Origin: Candidatus Limnocylindrales bacterium
Lineage (GTDB): Bacteria > Chloroflexota > Limnocylindria > Limnocylindrales > CSP1-4
NCBI GenBank assembly: GCA_036002405.1
Contig: DASYTK010000006.1
Coordinates: forward strand, 2,013 to 66,012
Length of the DNA stretch: 64,000 nucleotides
Reading direction: 5' to 3'
The notes below the pieces were generated by a model that was not told the DNA's origin, searched no databases, and was given only the letters and a program-made list of their open reading frames with translations. Positions 16,745-24,771 of the stretch are shown here, in pieces. Numbering within the stretch: the stretch's first letter is position 1; every line of letters begins with the position of its first letter. A program made the position numbers and the translations under genes.

Positions 16745-16940
16745 CTGCCGATGAGGTGCGACCTAAGGACGATCGGGCCTTCGTGGCGCGCCACATCAGG
16801 CCTGATGCCGAGCGTGGGTCGACCGCTCGGGTGTGCCGAAGAGGGCTCGGGAGCTCCGAAACGGCACATTCGTCGCACTCCATCGGCGAGGCGGAGCGTT
16901 TCGGGCCGAGCCGAGCCGTATGTCGCACTCCATCGGCGAG
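16745..16940 (+). repeat. Copy A of an unclassified ~196-nt intergenic element (inverted 19-nt ends plus an internal end-copy)
   Basis: Left end ctgccgatgaggtgcgac at 16745..16762. gtcgcactccatcggcgag occurs perfectly twice, at 16872..16890 and 16922..16940 (50-nt offset), and is the reverse complement of the left-end motif. Same layout at 31653..31850 and, inverted, at 57687..57883. Confidence 0.8.
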
Positions 16941-17044
16941 ACGCAGGATGCCTGCCACCCTTCCGCCGGGCCAGCCGAGACGCCCCGTGCCTCCCTGCCT
17001 CGCTGACCTACGACTGCCCGACGGCCCCCCGCCCAGCGGGCTGC

Positions 17045-17998
17045 CTAGCCCGACGAACCGCCCGGCGAGCCCGTCGAGGCCGCCGGCCGTGCCGGGGCAC
17101 TCGCCGCGCCCGAGGACCCCTCGCCCGAGGCCATCCCCCGGTCGATGTAGCCCGACAGCGGGCGCAACAGGTCGGTGAACTCGAGGGGGATGACGAACTT
17201 CGTCGACGCGCCCTGGCCAAGCGCCTTGAGGGCCTCGAGGTACTGGAGCGCCATCGTCTTCTCATCGATGATGTGCGCCGCGGCAAAGATCCGCTCGAGG
17301 GCCTGGCTGAATCCCTCCGCCCGAAGGATCGCCGATTGCCGCTCGCCCTCGGCGCGCAGGATGTTCGACTGCTTGTCGCCCTCGGCGACGTTGATCGTCG
17401 ACTGGCGGGTGCCCTCCGACTCGGTGATCACGGCGCGCCGGTTCCGCTCGGCGCTGAGCATCCGGTTCATCGCCTCCTGGACGTCGCGCGGCGGGATGAT
17501 TTCGCGGATCTCGACCGTGGTGACCTTGCCGCCCCAGCGCTCGGTGACCTCGTCGAGCTTCACGCGCAGCACCTCGTTGATCTGCTCGCGCTTCGAGAGG
17601 ACGTCGTCGAGGAGGATGTCGCCGATGACCGCGCGGAGAGTCGTCGTCGCCACGCCCTGAAGGGCGCCGGCGAAATTGGCCACGTTCACGATGCTCTTCA
17701 GCGGATCGGCGATCTTCCAGTAGATGAGGAAGTCGATGTTGATCGGGGCGTTGTCCTTCGTGATCGTCGTCTGGCTGGGGACCTCGATGAACTGCTCCCG
17801 CAGATCGGCCCGGGTGGGACGGTCGACGATCGGGATGAGAAAGACGAGCCCTGGACCCTTGACAAGGTCGGCACCGGTCCGGCCGAAGCGGAAGATGACG
17901 AGCCGGTCGTACTCGTTAACGACCCGGACCGAGAGGTAGATGAGGACGAGGAACAGGATCGCGACGAACGCGATCGCGGAGATCTGGATGGGATCCAC
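17045..17998 (-). CDS. SPFH/band-7 (stomatin/prohibitin-like) membrane protein
   Basis: 317 aa. N-terminal TM, then VVNEYDRLVIFRFGR, TKDNAPINIDFLIYWKI, QEAMNRMLSAERNRRA, EGERQSAILRAEG. Confidence 0.9.
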   Translation of the reverse strand: MDPIQISAIAFVAILFLVLIYLSVRVVNEYDRLVIFRFGRTGADLVKGPGLVFLIPIVDRPTRADLREQFIEVPSQTTITKDNAPINIDFLIYWKIADPLKSIVNVANFAGALQGVATTTLRAVIGDILLDDVLSKREQINEVLRVKLDEVTERWGGKVTTVEIREIIPPRDVQEAMNRMLSAERNRRAVITESEGTRQSTINVAEGDKQSNILRAEGERQSAILRAEGFSQALERIFAAAHIIDEKTMALQYLEALKALGQGASTKFVIPLEFTDLLRPLSGYIDRGMASGEGSSGAASAPARPAASTGSPGGSSG

Positions 17999-18010
17999 CG
18001 GCGAGCCTCC

Positions 18011-19450
18011 CTACGGGCCCGATCCGACCGGCGTGGTCTCCGGGCTCCTTACGCCCGGACCGGTCACATCGAGCGGTTCCACGATGAGCGTGAGCCCCTC
18101 CTGGCGAACGACCCGCACCGGCGTCCCCCGGCCGATCCGTCGCTCGTCCGTGCTCCGCGCCGTCCATTCCTCCCCGGCCGCGTAGACGGAGCCGGTCGGA
18201 TCGAGCGGCCGGCGGACCTCGGCCGGCGTCCCAGCCGCGAGCACGCCCCCCGACCCGCCCCCCAGCCCGAGGGCAAGCGGCGCCATCCGCCGCGTCCGGA
18301 GCGCCGCAGCCACGACGAGGGTCATGAAGGCGACCGTCGCGATCGCCATGATGACGATGATTGGCAGCGTCGTGCTGATGGGGACCTCCGGTGTCGTTGG
18401 TCCGGGCTCGGTGTAGAGGGCCGCCGAGCCCAGCACGAAACAGACGAGCCCGGCGATCGTGAGCAGCCCGTGGCTCGTCACGGTGAGCTCGAGGACGAAC
18501 AGGACGATCGCCAGCGCGATGAGGAGCAGCCCACCGACGTTGAGCGGCAGGCTCCCGAAGCCGATGAAGGCCAGGATGATCGCCATCGCGCCCAGGATCC
18601 CGGTCACGAAGTTCGGGCTGATCACCTCATAGATCAGCCCGTACGTCCCGATCGTGAAGAGGATGAAGGCGATGTTCGGGTCGGCCAGGAGGTGAAGGAA
18701 CGCCTGGAGCGGGTTCATCGGCAGCTCCTCGACCGCCGCTCCCACCGTCTCGATCGTGACTCGCTCACCCCGCACGATGACGGCCCGCCCGTCCGCCGCC
18801 TCGAGGACTGCGCCCAGCGAGTCGGCCAGACCGTCCACGGCCCCCAGCTCGACCGCCTCGCGAGCCGGCGACGAGCGCGCCTCCTTGACCGTCTCGACGG
18901 CCCACTCGACGTTCCTCCCTCGCTCCTCGGCGATGCTCGTGATCAGGGCGATCGTGTCGTTCAGGACCTTGGTGCCGAGCGTCCCCTCGATGTCCTCCCC
19001 CTGGCCGCCGACCGGCGTCGCGGCCCCGATGTTCGTCCCCGGGGCCATGAGCGCGACGTGCGCGGCGAGGGTGACGAAGGTGCCCGCGCTCGCCGCCCGG
19101 CCGCCGGCCGGAGCGACCCAGACGATCGTGGGCAGGGGTGCCTCGAGGAGAGTCGTGACGATCTGGCGGGTCGAGTCGACCGAGCCCCCGGGCGTATCGA
19201 TCTGGATGACGACGGCGGCTGCCCCTTCGTTCGCCGCACGCTGGACGCCGTCGCGGAGATAGCCGGCCATGACCTGGTCGACGATGCCGGTCGTGGGGAG
19301 GACGACGACCCGTCGCTCCTGCGCCCGGACGGCCGACGCGAGGAGGCTGGCCAGCCCGAGGAGGACGAGGAGGATCGGGAGGGCCCGCGTGTTCGTGACG
19401 CGGATCGCGCGAGCGGGCGGGGCGTGCATCGTGGACTCCGCTCCGATCAT
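18011..19450 (-). CDS. NfeD-family membrane-bound ClpP-class serine protease
   Basis: ORF 18011..19729 trimmed to ATG 19450..19448 (ATGA overlap with the Nudix stop). Signal/TM segment, then VVIQIDTPGGSVDSTRQIV, ASAGTFVTLAAHVALMAPGTNIGAATPV, several TM helices, and a C-terminal OB-like NfeD domain. Classic pairing with the SPFH gene downstream. Confidence 0.85.
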   Translation of the reverse strand: MIGAESTMHAPPARAIRVTNTRALPILLVLLGLASLLASAVRAQERRVVVLPTTGIVDQVMAGYLRDGVQRAANEGAAAVVIQIDTPGGSVDSTRQIVTTLLEAPLPTIVWVAPAGGRAASAGTFVTLAAHVALMAPGTNIGAATPVGGQGEDIEGTLGTKVLNDTIALITSIAEERGRNVEWAVETVKEARSSPAREAVELGAVDGLADSLGAVLEAADGRAVIVRGERVTIETVGAAVEELPMNPLQAFLHLLADPNIAFILFTIGTYGLIYEVISPNFVTGILGAMAIILAFIGFGSLPLNVGGLLLIALAIVLFVLELTVTSHGLLTIAGLVCFVLGSAALYTEPGPTTPEVPISTTLPIIVIMAIATVAFMTLVVAAALRTRRMAPLALGLGGGSGGVLAAGTPAEVRRPLDPTGSVYAAGEEWTARSTDERRIGRGTPVRVVRQEGLTLIVEPLDVTGPGVRSPETTPVGSGP

Positions 19451-19887
19451 CGCACAGCGCCCGCCGGATCGGACGGAACGGGGACCTCGAGCGCGTCGAA
19501 GACGAGCTGGCTCCAGGTCTCCAGCGCGTCGTAGACGCCGCGCACTCGGGCGGCCGGAGCGAATGCACCCTCGAGCTTGTGGCGCTCCCGGACGCGGACT
19601 GGCCGGCCGGCCGCATCTGCCTCGTAGACGACCCCCAGGTGGACGGCGCCGACCGGGTCGCTGTCGTCGTTCAGCAGGCCGACCAGATGGAATGGCGGCT
19701 CGAAATCGGCCTCGAGCTCCTCCCGCCACTCGCGCCGGAGCCCTCCCTGGAGATCGCCGTCCCCGGGATTCACGTGGCCTCCGACGCCGATCGACCAGCG
19801 CTCGAAGAGCCGCCTGTCTCCTCCCGAGCGCGTGCGCCGCATCAGGAACCAGTCGGAACCGTCACGCAGGACGAGGTAGGGGATCAC
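19447..19887 (-). CDS. Nudix-family (COG4112/YmaB-like) phosphoesterase; the N-terminus is probably longer than the ORF call
   Basis: 146-aa ORF starting at GTG 19887. Nudix-like box GGHVNPGDGDLQGGLRREWREELE. The in-frame sequence upstream, up to 20067, has no stop, has GC-rich third positions, and reads ...RREVEDDPSWKQ(V)IPYLVL. See findings. Confidence 0.6.
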   Translation of the reverse strand: MIPYLVLRDGSDWFLMRRTRSGGDRRLFERWSIGVGGHVNPGDGDLQGGLRREWREELEADFEPPFHLVGLLNDDSDPVGAVHLGVVYEADAAGRPVRVRERHKLEGAFAPAARVRGVYDALETWSQLVFDALEVPVPSDPAGAVR

Positions 19888-20063
19888 CTGCTTCCAGGAG
19901 GGATCGTCCTCGACCTCGCGGCGACGGCGGTAGCCGGCGCGACCGGCGATCGCACGAAGGTAGGGTCCGATCGCTTCGCGCCGGACGCCACGCCAATCGA
20001 GACGTGCCGGCAGGTCCGATCGGGGAAGGCCCAGGACGAGCTCGTCCGGGGCCGCCGACCCGG

Positions 20064-20939
20064 TCAGCGCAGGTCCCTGTGGGCGAGCGACCAGGCGCCG
20101 AGGGCGAGGATCGCGAGCAGATAGCCGATCGCGTAGACCCAGATCCAGTCGTGGGTGGGGAGCACCGATCGCCCGCCCGCTGCCGCGCCCAGGACGGCCG
20201 CTGCACGCTCGCCGATGAGGATCTCACCGGCCAGATCGCTGACCACGCCGACCGGCAGGGCCAGGCGCGACCAGTCGGCGGCGCTCTGGAGGAGCTCGCT
20301 GCCCACCAGCTGGCCCAGGACGTACAGAAGCGTCGTGTTCGTCAGGCCTAGCCAGAGGACAACGACGGCGACCGCGTTCGCGACCGGCGCGAGTCGGGTG
20401 GAGCCGGCCAGGGCGACGGCCACCATCACGAAGACGTCGAGGGCCAGGAGGGCGAGGGTGACCAGGAGATCGAACACCCACACGCCGCTGAGGGCGGCCA
20501 CGACGAGGCCGATGACGACTCCCTGGCCGACGAGATAGGCCGCCGCGAGCCCGGCATTGCCGAGGAACTTCCCGACCAGGATCTCCCAGCGAGCAACCGG
20601 GCGCGCGACCAGGGCAAGGATCGTGCCCCGCTCGATCTCGCCTCCGATCGCGCCAACGCTGGCGAACACGCCGGTAAAGAGGGCCAGCGTGCTCGCGCCG
20701 GCCACTCCGAACAGGAGAATCACCCTGACGAGCGCCTCACGCTGTTCGTGCCCGATCCCGGAGGCAAACCGGTCGAGCCCGGCGCTCCACACGGCATAGC
20801 CGACGAGGACGAGGATGAGCAGGTAGAGCACGTTCAGAAGAACCGCGATGAGCATCGTCCGGCTGCGCAGCGTCTCGCGCGAGGCGAGCGCCGCGATCGC
20901 CGCCAGGCGCCCGTAGGTCGAGTCGCGGGCCCCGTTCAT
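20064..20939 (-). CDS. ABC-2 type transporter permease
   Basis: 291 aa with about 6 hydrophobic helices. ATGA-coupled to the upstream ABC ATPase. Confidence 0.7.
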   Translation of the reverse strand: MNGARDSTYGRLAAIAALASRETLRSRTMLIAVLLNVLYLLILVLVGYAVWSAGLDRFASGIGHEQREALVRVILLFGVAGASTLALFTGVFASVGAIGGEIERGTILALVARPVARWEILVGKFLGNAGLAAAYLVGQGVVIGLVVAALSGVWVFDLLVTLALLALDVFVMVAVALAGSTRLAPVANAVAVVVLWLGLTNTTLLYVLGQLVGSELLQSAADWSRLALPVGVVSDLAGEILIGERAAAVLGAAAGGRSVLPTHDWIWVYAIGYLLAILALGAWSLAHRDLR

Positions 20940-21940
20940 CGGCCCACGAGCCGAAAGAACGCCTGCTCGAGCGTCTCGCTCGCCGGCACGAGGGCCTCGA
21001 GGTCAGCCCCGCCGGCGACGATCGCCCGAGCGATCCGGGGGACGTCGGCCGGGTCGCCGAGGCGAGCCTCCCACCAGCCGTCGTCGAGCGGCCGGAGGTC
21101 AGCCGTGATGGCGGCCACCTGTTGCGCCGCACCGTCGTCCAGGCCGCGGGCGCGGAAGCGGAGGAGGCTCGTCGGGGCGAGGATCTCGGTGAGCGGTCCG
21201 CGGGCCACGATCCGGCCCCGGTCGATGATCGCCACGCGGTCACAGACGAGCTCGACCTCGGAGAGCAGGTGCGAGTTCAGGACGACCGCTGTCCCGCTCG
21301 CCTTGAGCCAGAGGAGAAGGTCACGGACGGCACGCGTGCCGATCGGATCGAGGCCGCTCGTCGGCTCGTCGAGGAGCAGGAGACGAGGTCGTCCCAGGAG
21401 CGCCTGCGCCAGCCCGACCCGCTGAAGCATGCCCTTCGAGAACGTCCGCATCGCGCGTCTCGCCACCGACTCGAGCCCCACAAGGGCGAGCAGCTCGGAG
21501 GCGCGGCGGCGGCGCTCGTTCCGATCGAGCCCCAGCAGCCGGCCGTGGAGATCCAGCAGCGCGTCAGGGGCGAGGAAGCCGGGGAACTGGAACTGCTCCG
21601 GGAGGTAGCCCAGTTCCCGCCGGGCCTGGCGATCCCCCAGGGGACGGCCCAGGACCGTGCCCTCCCCCGCCGTCGGACGGATCGCCCCGATCAAGAGCAT
21701 CACCGTCGTCGTCTTTCCGGCGCCGTTCGGGCCCAGGAACCCGACGATCTCACCGCGACCGACACGGAGCTCGATCCCGTCGAGGGCGCGCACGCCGCCC
21801 GAGTACACCTTCGTCAGGCCCTGGACGTCGACGAGCGCCTCCGTGTCGTCGAGCGGCCCGTCTGGACGCGCCTCCGGCTCAGAGCTCGGGTCCGGCAAGG
21901 TCGTGCCCGACGGCGGCGCCAGAGGAGCGTCGGAGCTCAT
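20936..21940 (-). CDS. ABC transporter ATP-binding protein
   Basis: 334 aa. Walker A GPNGAGKTTT, signature FSKGMLQRVGLAQAL, Walker B LLLLDEPTSGLD. Confidence 0.9.
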   Translation of the reverse strand: MSSDAPLAPPSGTTLPDPSSEPEARPDGPLDDTEALVDVQGLTKVYSGGVRALDGIELRVGRGEIVGFLGPNGAGKTTTVMLLIGAIRPTAGEGTVLGRPLGDRQARRELGYLPEQFQFPGFLAPDALLDLHGRLLGLDRNERRRRASELLALVGLESVARRAMRTFSKGMLQRVGLAQALLGRPRLLLLDEPTSGLDPIGTRAVRDLLLWLKASGTAVVLNSHLLSEVELVCDRVAIIDRGRIVARGPLTEILAPTSLLRFRARGLDDGAAQQVAAITADLRPLDDGWWEARLGDPADVPRIARAIVAGGADLEALVPASETLEQAFFRLVGR

Positions 21941-22818
21941 CGCTCGGCCTCCAGACCAGCCGCGACGCGTCCGAGACGGTCCTCGAGGGCGGCGACCGCG
22001 GCGGCCCGTTCCTCGCTCTCGGTCGGCGTCGCGCTGAGGGCGGCCAGCGATTCATCCCAGGCCGCGAGCCCGCTGACGAGACCGGTGAGCCATCTTCGGA
22101 TCTCGGCCCCGTTGAGCGAGAGGATGCCGGCCCCGAGCGCGGGGTCGCCCCGCGCGAGTCGCGTGTTGTCACGCCAGCCCTGTGCCGAGAGGCGTCGCGC
22201 CAGCGGCCAGGACGGATCGTCGACGACCGCCTCCGCCAGGGCGACGCTGAGCACGAGGGGCAGGTGGCTGATCGCGGCGACGGCCCGATCGTGCGTGTCG
22301 GCCTCGAGCTCGAGCGGATCGGCGCCGCAGTCGACGGCCAGCCCGCGGACGCGCTGGAGGTCGGCCGGGCCCGCGCCGGGGGACGGGACGAGGACCCAGG
22401 GCCGGCCGGCGAACAGGTCGGCCGTCGCGGCCCCGAAGCCCCGTCGCTCGCGGCCGCTCATCGGGTGGCCGCCCACGAAGCGGAGGCCCGCGATCCGGCC
22501 CGCTCGGTCGGCGATCGGTCCCTGGACGCTGGAGACGTCGCTGAGCGTCACGTCCCGACCGGCAAGCCCCGGGCCGAGGTGATCCAGGAGGTCGAGATTC
22601 GCGAGCGGCGGCGCGGCGAGGACGACGAGGTCGGCGTCGCGGACCGCCGTCTCGGGATCCGGGGCGACGGCGGCGACGAGACCGCGCGCGAGCGCCCGAC
22701 GGGGCCCCTCGAGCGACCGGCTCCAGGCCGTGATCCGCCAGTCGCGGTCGGGCCGCTTCCCGAGCGCGAGCGCGATCGAGCCGCCGATCAGGCCGAAGCC
22801 GAGGAGGGTCAAGCGCAC
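21937..22818 (-). CDS. tyrA: Prephenate dehydrogenase
   Basis: ORF 21937..23259 trimmed to GTG 22818..22816, giving (V)RLTLLGFGLIGGSIALAL (Rossmann GxGxxG). Motifs: DLVVLAAPP, FVGGHPMSG, HDRAVAAISHLP. Confidence 0.8.
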   Translation of the reverse strand: MRLTLLGFGLIGGSIALALGKRPDRDWRITAWSRSLEGPRRALARGLVAAVAPDPETAVRDADLVVLAAPPLANLDLLDHLGPGLAGRDVTLSDVSSVQGPIADRAGRIAGLRFVGGHPMSGRERRGFGAATADLFAGRPWVLVPSPGAGPADLQRVRGLAVDCGADPLELEADTHDRAVAAISHLPLVLSVALAEAVVDDPSWPLARRLSAQGWRDNTRLARGDPALGAGILSLNGAEIRRWLTGLVSGLAAWDESLAALSATPTESEERAAAVAALEDRLGRVAAGLEAER

Positions 22819-22890
22819 GTGCCGGAGGGTACAGGAGGCTCCGAGAGGGTTGCTATCATCGCCGCGGCGGACCCGCTCTGGGGGATTGCC

Positions 22891-23583
22891 GTGGCTGGCT
22901 CCGACCGACCGATCGCCGTCCTGCTCGTCGACGATCACCAGCTCCTCGTGGACGCGCTGTCGCGCATCCTCGGTGGGGAGCCGGACATCGAGATCGCGGG
23001 CGTCGCGCACTCGGTCGCCGACGTTCGGGGCATCACCGGCCGGCTCGATGTGACCCTCATGGATTACCGCCTGCCTGACGGGACGGGCGCCGAGGCCACG
23101 CGCATCGTCAAGGCCCGCTGGCCTTCGTCCCGCGTTGTCATGCTGACCGCGATCTCCGACGATGAGACCGTGCTCGAATCGATCCAGGCGGGCGCCGACG
23201 GCTACATGACCAAGGACCGCGCGATCGAGGACGTCGTGCAGGCAGTCCGTGCCGCGCATGCGGGTGAGATCCTCCTCCCGCGGGCCGTTGTCTTCGGGAT
23301 CGCGCAGCGCGTCGCGATGGCCCGGGAGCAGGGGCCGGCGCAGCCGATCGTCGAGACGCTGACCCCTCGCGAATCGGAGATCCTCCGCGCCCTCGTCGAG
23401 GGGATGCCCTCGCGGACCATTTGCGAGCGGCTCTTCATCTCACCAAACACGCTGCGCACCCACATCCAGAACATCATGGGCAAGCTGCGCGTCCACTCGA
23501 AGCTCGAGGCGGTCGCCTTCGCGCTGCGCCACGGACTCGTCGAGCCGCCCCGCAGCGAGACCCTCCTCGGCGGGACGTCCTGA
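22891..23583 (+). CDS. NarL/FixJ (LuxR-type HTH) response regulator, orphan
   Basis: ORF 22264..23583 trimmed to GTG 22891, preceded by GGGGGA. Motifs: IAVLLVDDHQLLVDAL, DVTLMDYRLPDGTG, LTPRESEILRALVEGMPSRTICERLFISPNTLRTHIQNIMGKL. No kinase is adjacent. Confidence 0.85.
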   Translation: MAGSDRPIAVLLVDDHQLLVDALSRILGGEPDIEIAGVAHSVADVRGITGRLDVTLMDYRLPDGTGAEATRIVKARWPSSRVVMLTAISDDETVLESIQAGADGYMTKDRAIEDVVQAVRAAHAGEILLPRAVVFGIAQRVAMAREQGPAQPIVETLTPRESEILRALVEGMPSRTICERLFISPNTLRTHIQNIMGKLRVHSKLEAVAFALRHGLVEPPRSETLLGGTS

Positions 23584-23729
23584 GGCCGACCCACGGGCCA
23601 GCCGCCGGCCACAGGGCAGGTGGCTGACGCGGGAACCCGTCGACCCCCGGTGACCGGTCTCCGCAGCCTCCACCGGGCCCCGATCGCCGCGGCCAGATCT
23701 CCCGGCCGTGCCCGCCCGGGGTCGTCAAC

Positions 23730-24686
23730 TCAGCCGGTGTGGCGCCGCTCCCGGCGGGGCTGACGGGCTGCCCACGCCGCGCCAAGCAAGGGCAGGGCGA
23801 CGAAGACGCCGCCCAGCCCACCTTGCCCGTCGTGCCCGCGGCCGCAGGGCCGAGGTTCCGGCGTGCCACGGCGATGGCCCGGGGCGTCCCCGTGGTCGGG
23901 GCACGGGACCTGGGGCACTCCGTGCGCACGGACGCGTCGGCCGGGCGCGTCCGCGCGGCCGCCGTTTGGGCTGGGATGGGCTCGCGGCGGTTCGGGTCGG
24001 GCCGTCGGATGCGCGGGCTTCGTGGGTCGCGGACGCGGGGTGGGCGACGAATCCGTCGGTGGGACCGTCCGTGTCGGGCTCGCGGTCGGCACGGCGCTCT
24101 CGGTCGGAGTGGGCTCCGTGGGCGACGGTTCTCCGCTCGGAGGAGGCTCCGTCGGCGGACCGCTCGGGGAGGGCTCGCTCGTCGGGGGACTGCTCGGCGA
24201 GGGTCGTTCGGTCGGAGATGGCCCGGGCGGGCCCGGCTGGGCTGGCGTCGGCGTCGGCGCGATCGTCGGGCCCGCCGTCGCGGCGGGCGAGAGTCCTGCC
24301 GAGCCGGTGGGCCCCGCGCCCGCCAGCGCCCCGCTGGCCGGCGGACCGGATCGCTCACCGGCGATGAGCGTCGGCGCCGCCGATACCGGAGGCGGAGCGC
24401 TCCCTGACGGATTCGCCCCGATCGATGGCGACGGGAGGTTCGTCGGCCCGCTGCTCGGCGCTTCGGCGGGCGGCGAGGAAGCGATCGCGACCTCGGTCGG
24501 CGCGCTCGTGGCGAGGGGTGGAGGCGTCGAGCCGATCCCCGGCAACAGGCCCAGGAGCGGCGGCCCGCCGCCTTGCCCCGGCTCGTTCGATGCGCCAAGG
24601 AGCGCCACGACCCCGGTGGCCAGGGCGAGATTCAGCAGGCCCAGTGCCAGAAGCAGACGGGCTCGCTGGCCCGTGGTGAGGTCCAC
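23730..24686 (-). CDS. Pro/Ser/Thr-rich membrane-anchored or cell-surface protein (hypothetical)
   Basis: ORF 23730..24917 trimmed to GTG 24686..24684, downstream of the thpR stop. N-terminal hydrophobic segment RARLLLALGLLNLALATGVVALLGA. Long PT/PS-rich linker. C-terminal hydrophobic helix plus Arg cluster (GGLGGVFVALPLLGAAWAARQPRRERR). Several mirror ORFs overlap it, so strand and frame are chosen on topology only. Confidence 0.45.
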   Translation of the reverse strand: MDLTTGQRARLLLALGLLNLALATGVVALLGASNEPGQGGGPPLLGLLPGIGSTPPPLATSAPTEVAIASSPPAEAPSSGPTNLPSPSIGANPSGSAPPPVSAAPTLIAGERSGPPASGALAGAGPTGSAGLSPAATAGPTIAPTPTPAQPGPPGPSPTERPSPSSPPTSEPSPSGPPTEPPPSGEPSPTEPTPTESAVPTASPTRTVPPTDSSPTPRPRPTKPAHPTARPEPPRAHPSPNGGRADAPGRRVRAHGVPQVPCPDHGDAPGHRRGTPEPRPCGRGHDGQGGLGGVFVALPLLGAAWAARQPRRERRHTG

Positions 24687-24771
24687 AGCGCGTCGCGTCC
24701 TTCGAGCGGTTACACGGCGGTCGGAGGCCGACTCGTCCGCTGCCCCCGCCGCCCGCGAGGCTCGGTGCCGG

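Noticed and set aside
16745-16800. Short peptides starting M-R-C-D/E encoded from the repeat end motif in all three copies (MRCDLRTIG..., MACDLRADS..., MRCEVRTVEPLRDVG*).
   Set aside because: Lengths differ: 15 aa, 37 aa, and read-through in the third copy. Similarity ends where the DNA similarity ends. Substitutions are not biased to synonymous sites, and there is no ribosome-binding site. I treated this as a translation artefact of a conserved DNA motif.
16751-19534. 927-aa plus-strand ORF starting inside repeat copy A and running antisense through the SPFH and NfeD genes.
   Set aside because: The opposite strand encodes two well-supported proteins. The ORF's ATG is simply the ATG contained in the repeat end motif (gccgATGaggtgcgac). 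Its composition is Arg/Asp/Pro-rich junk.
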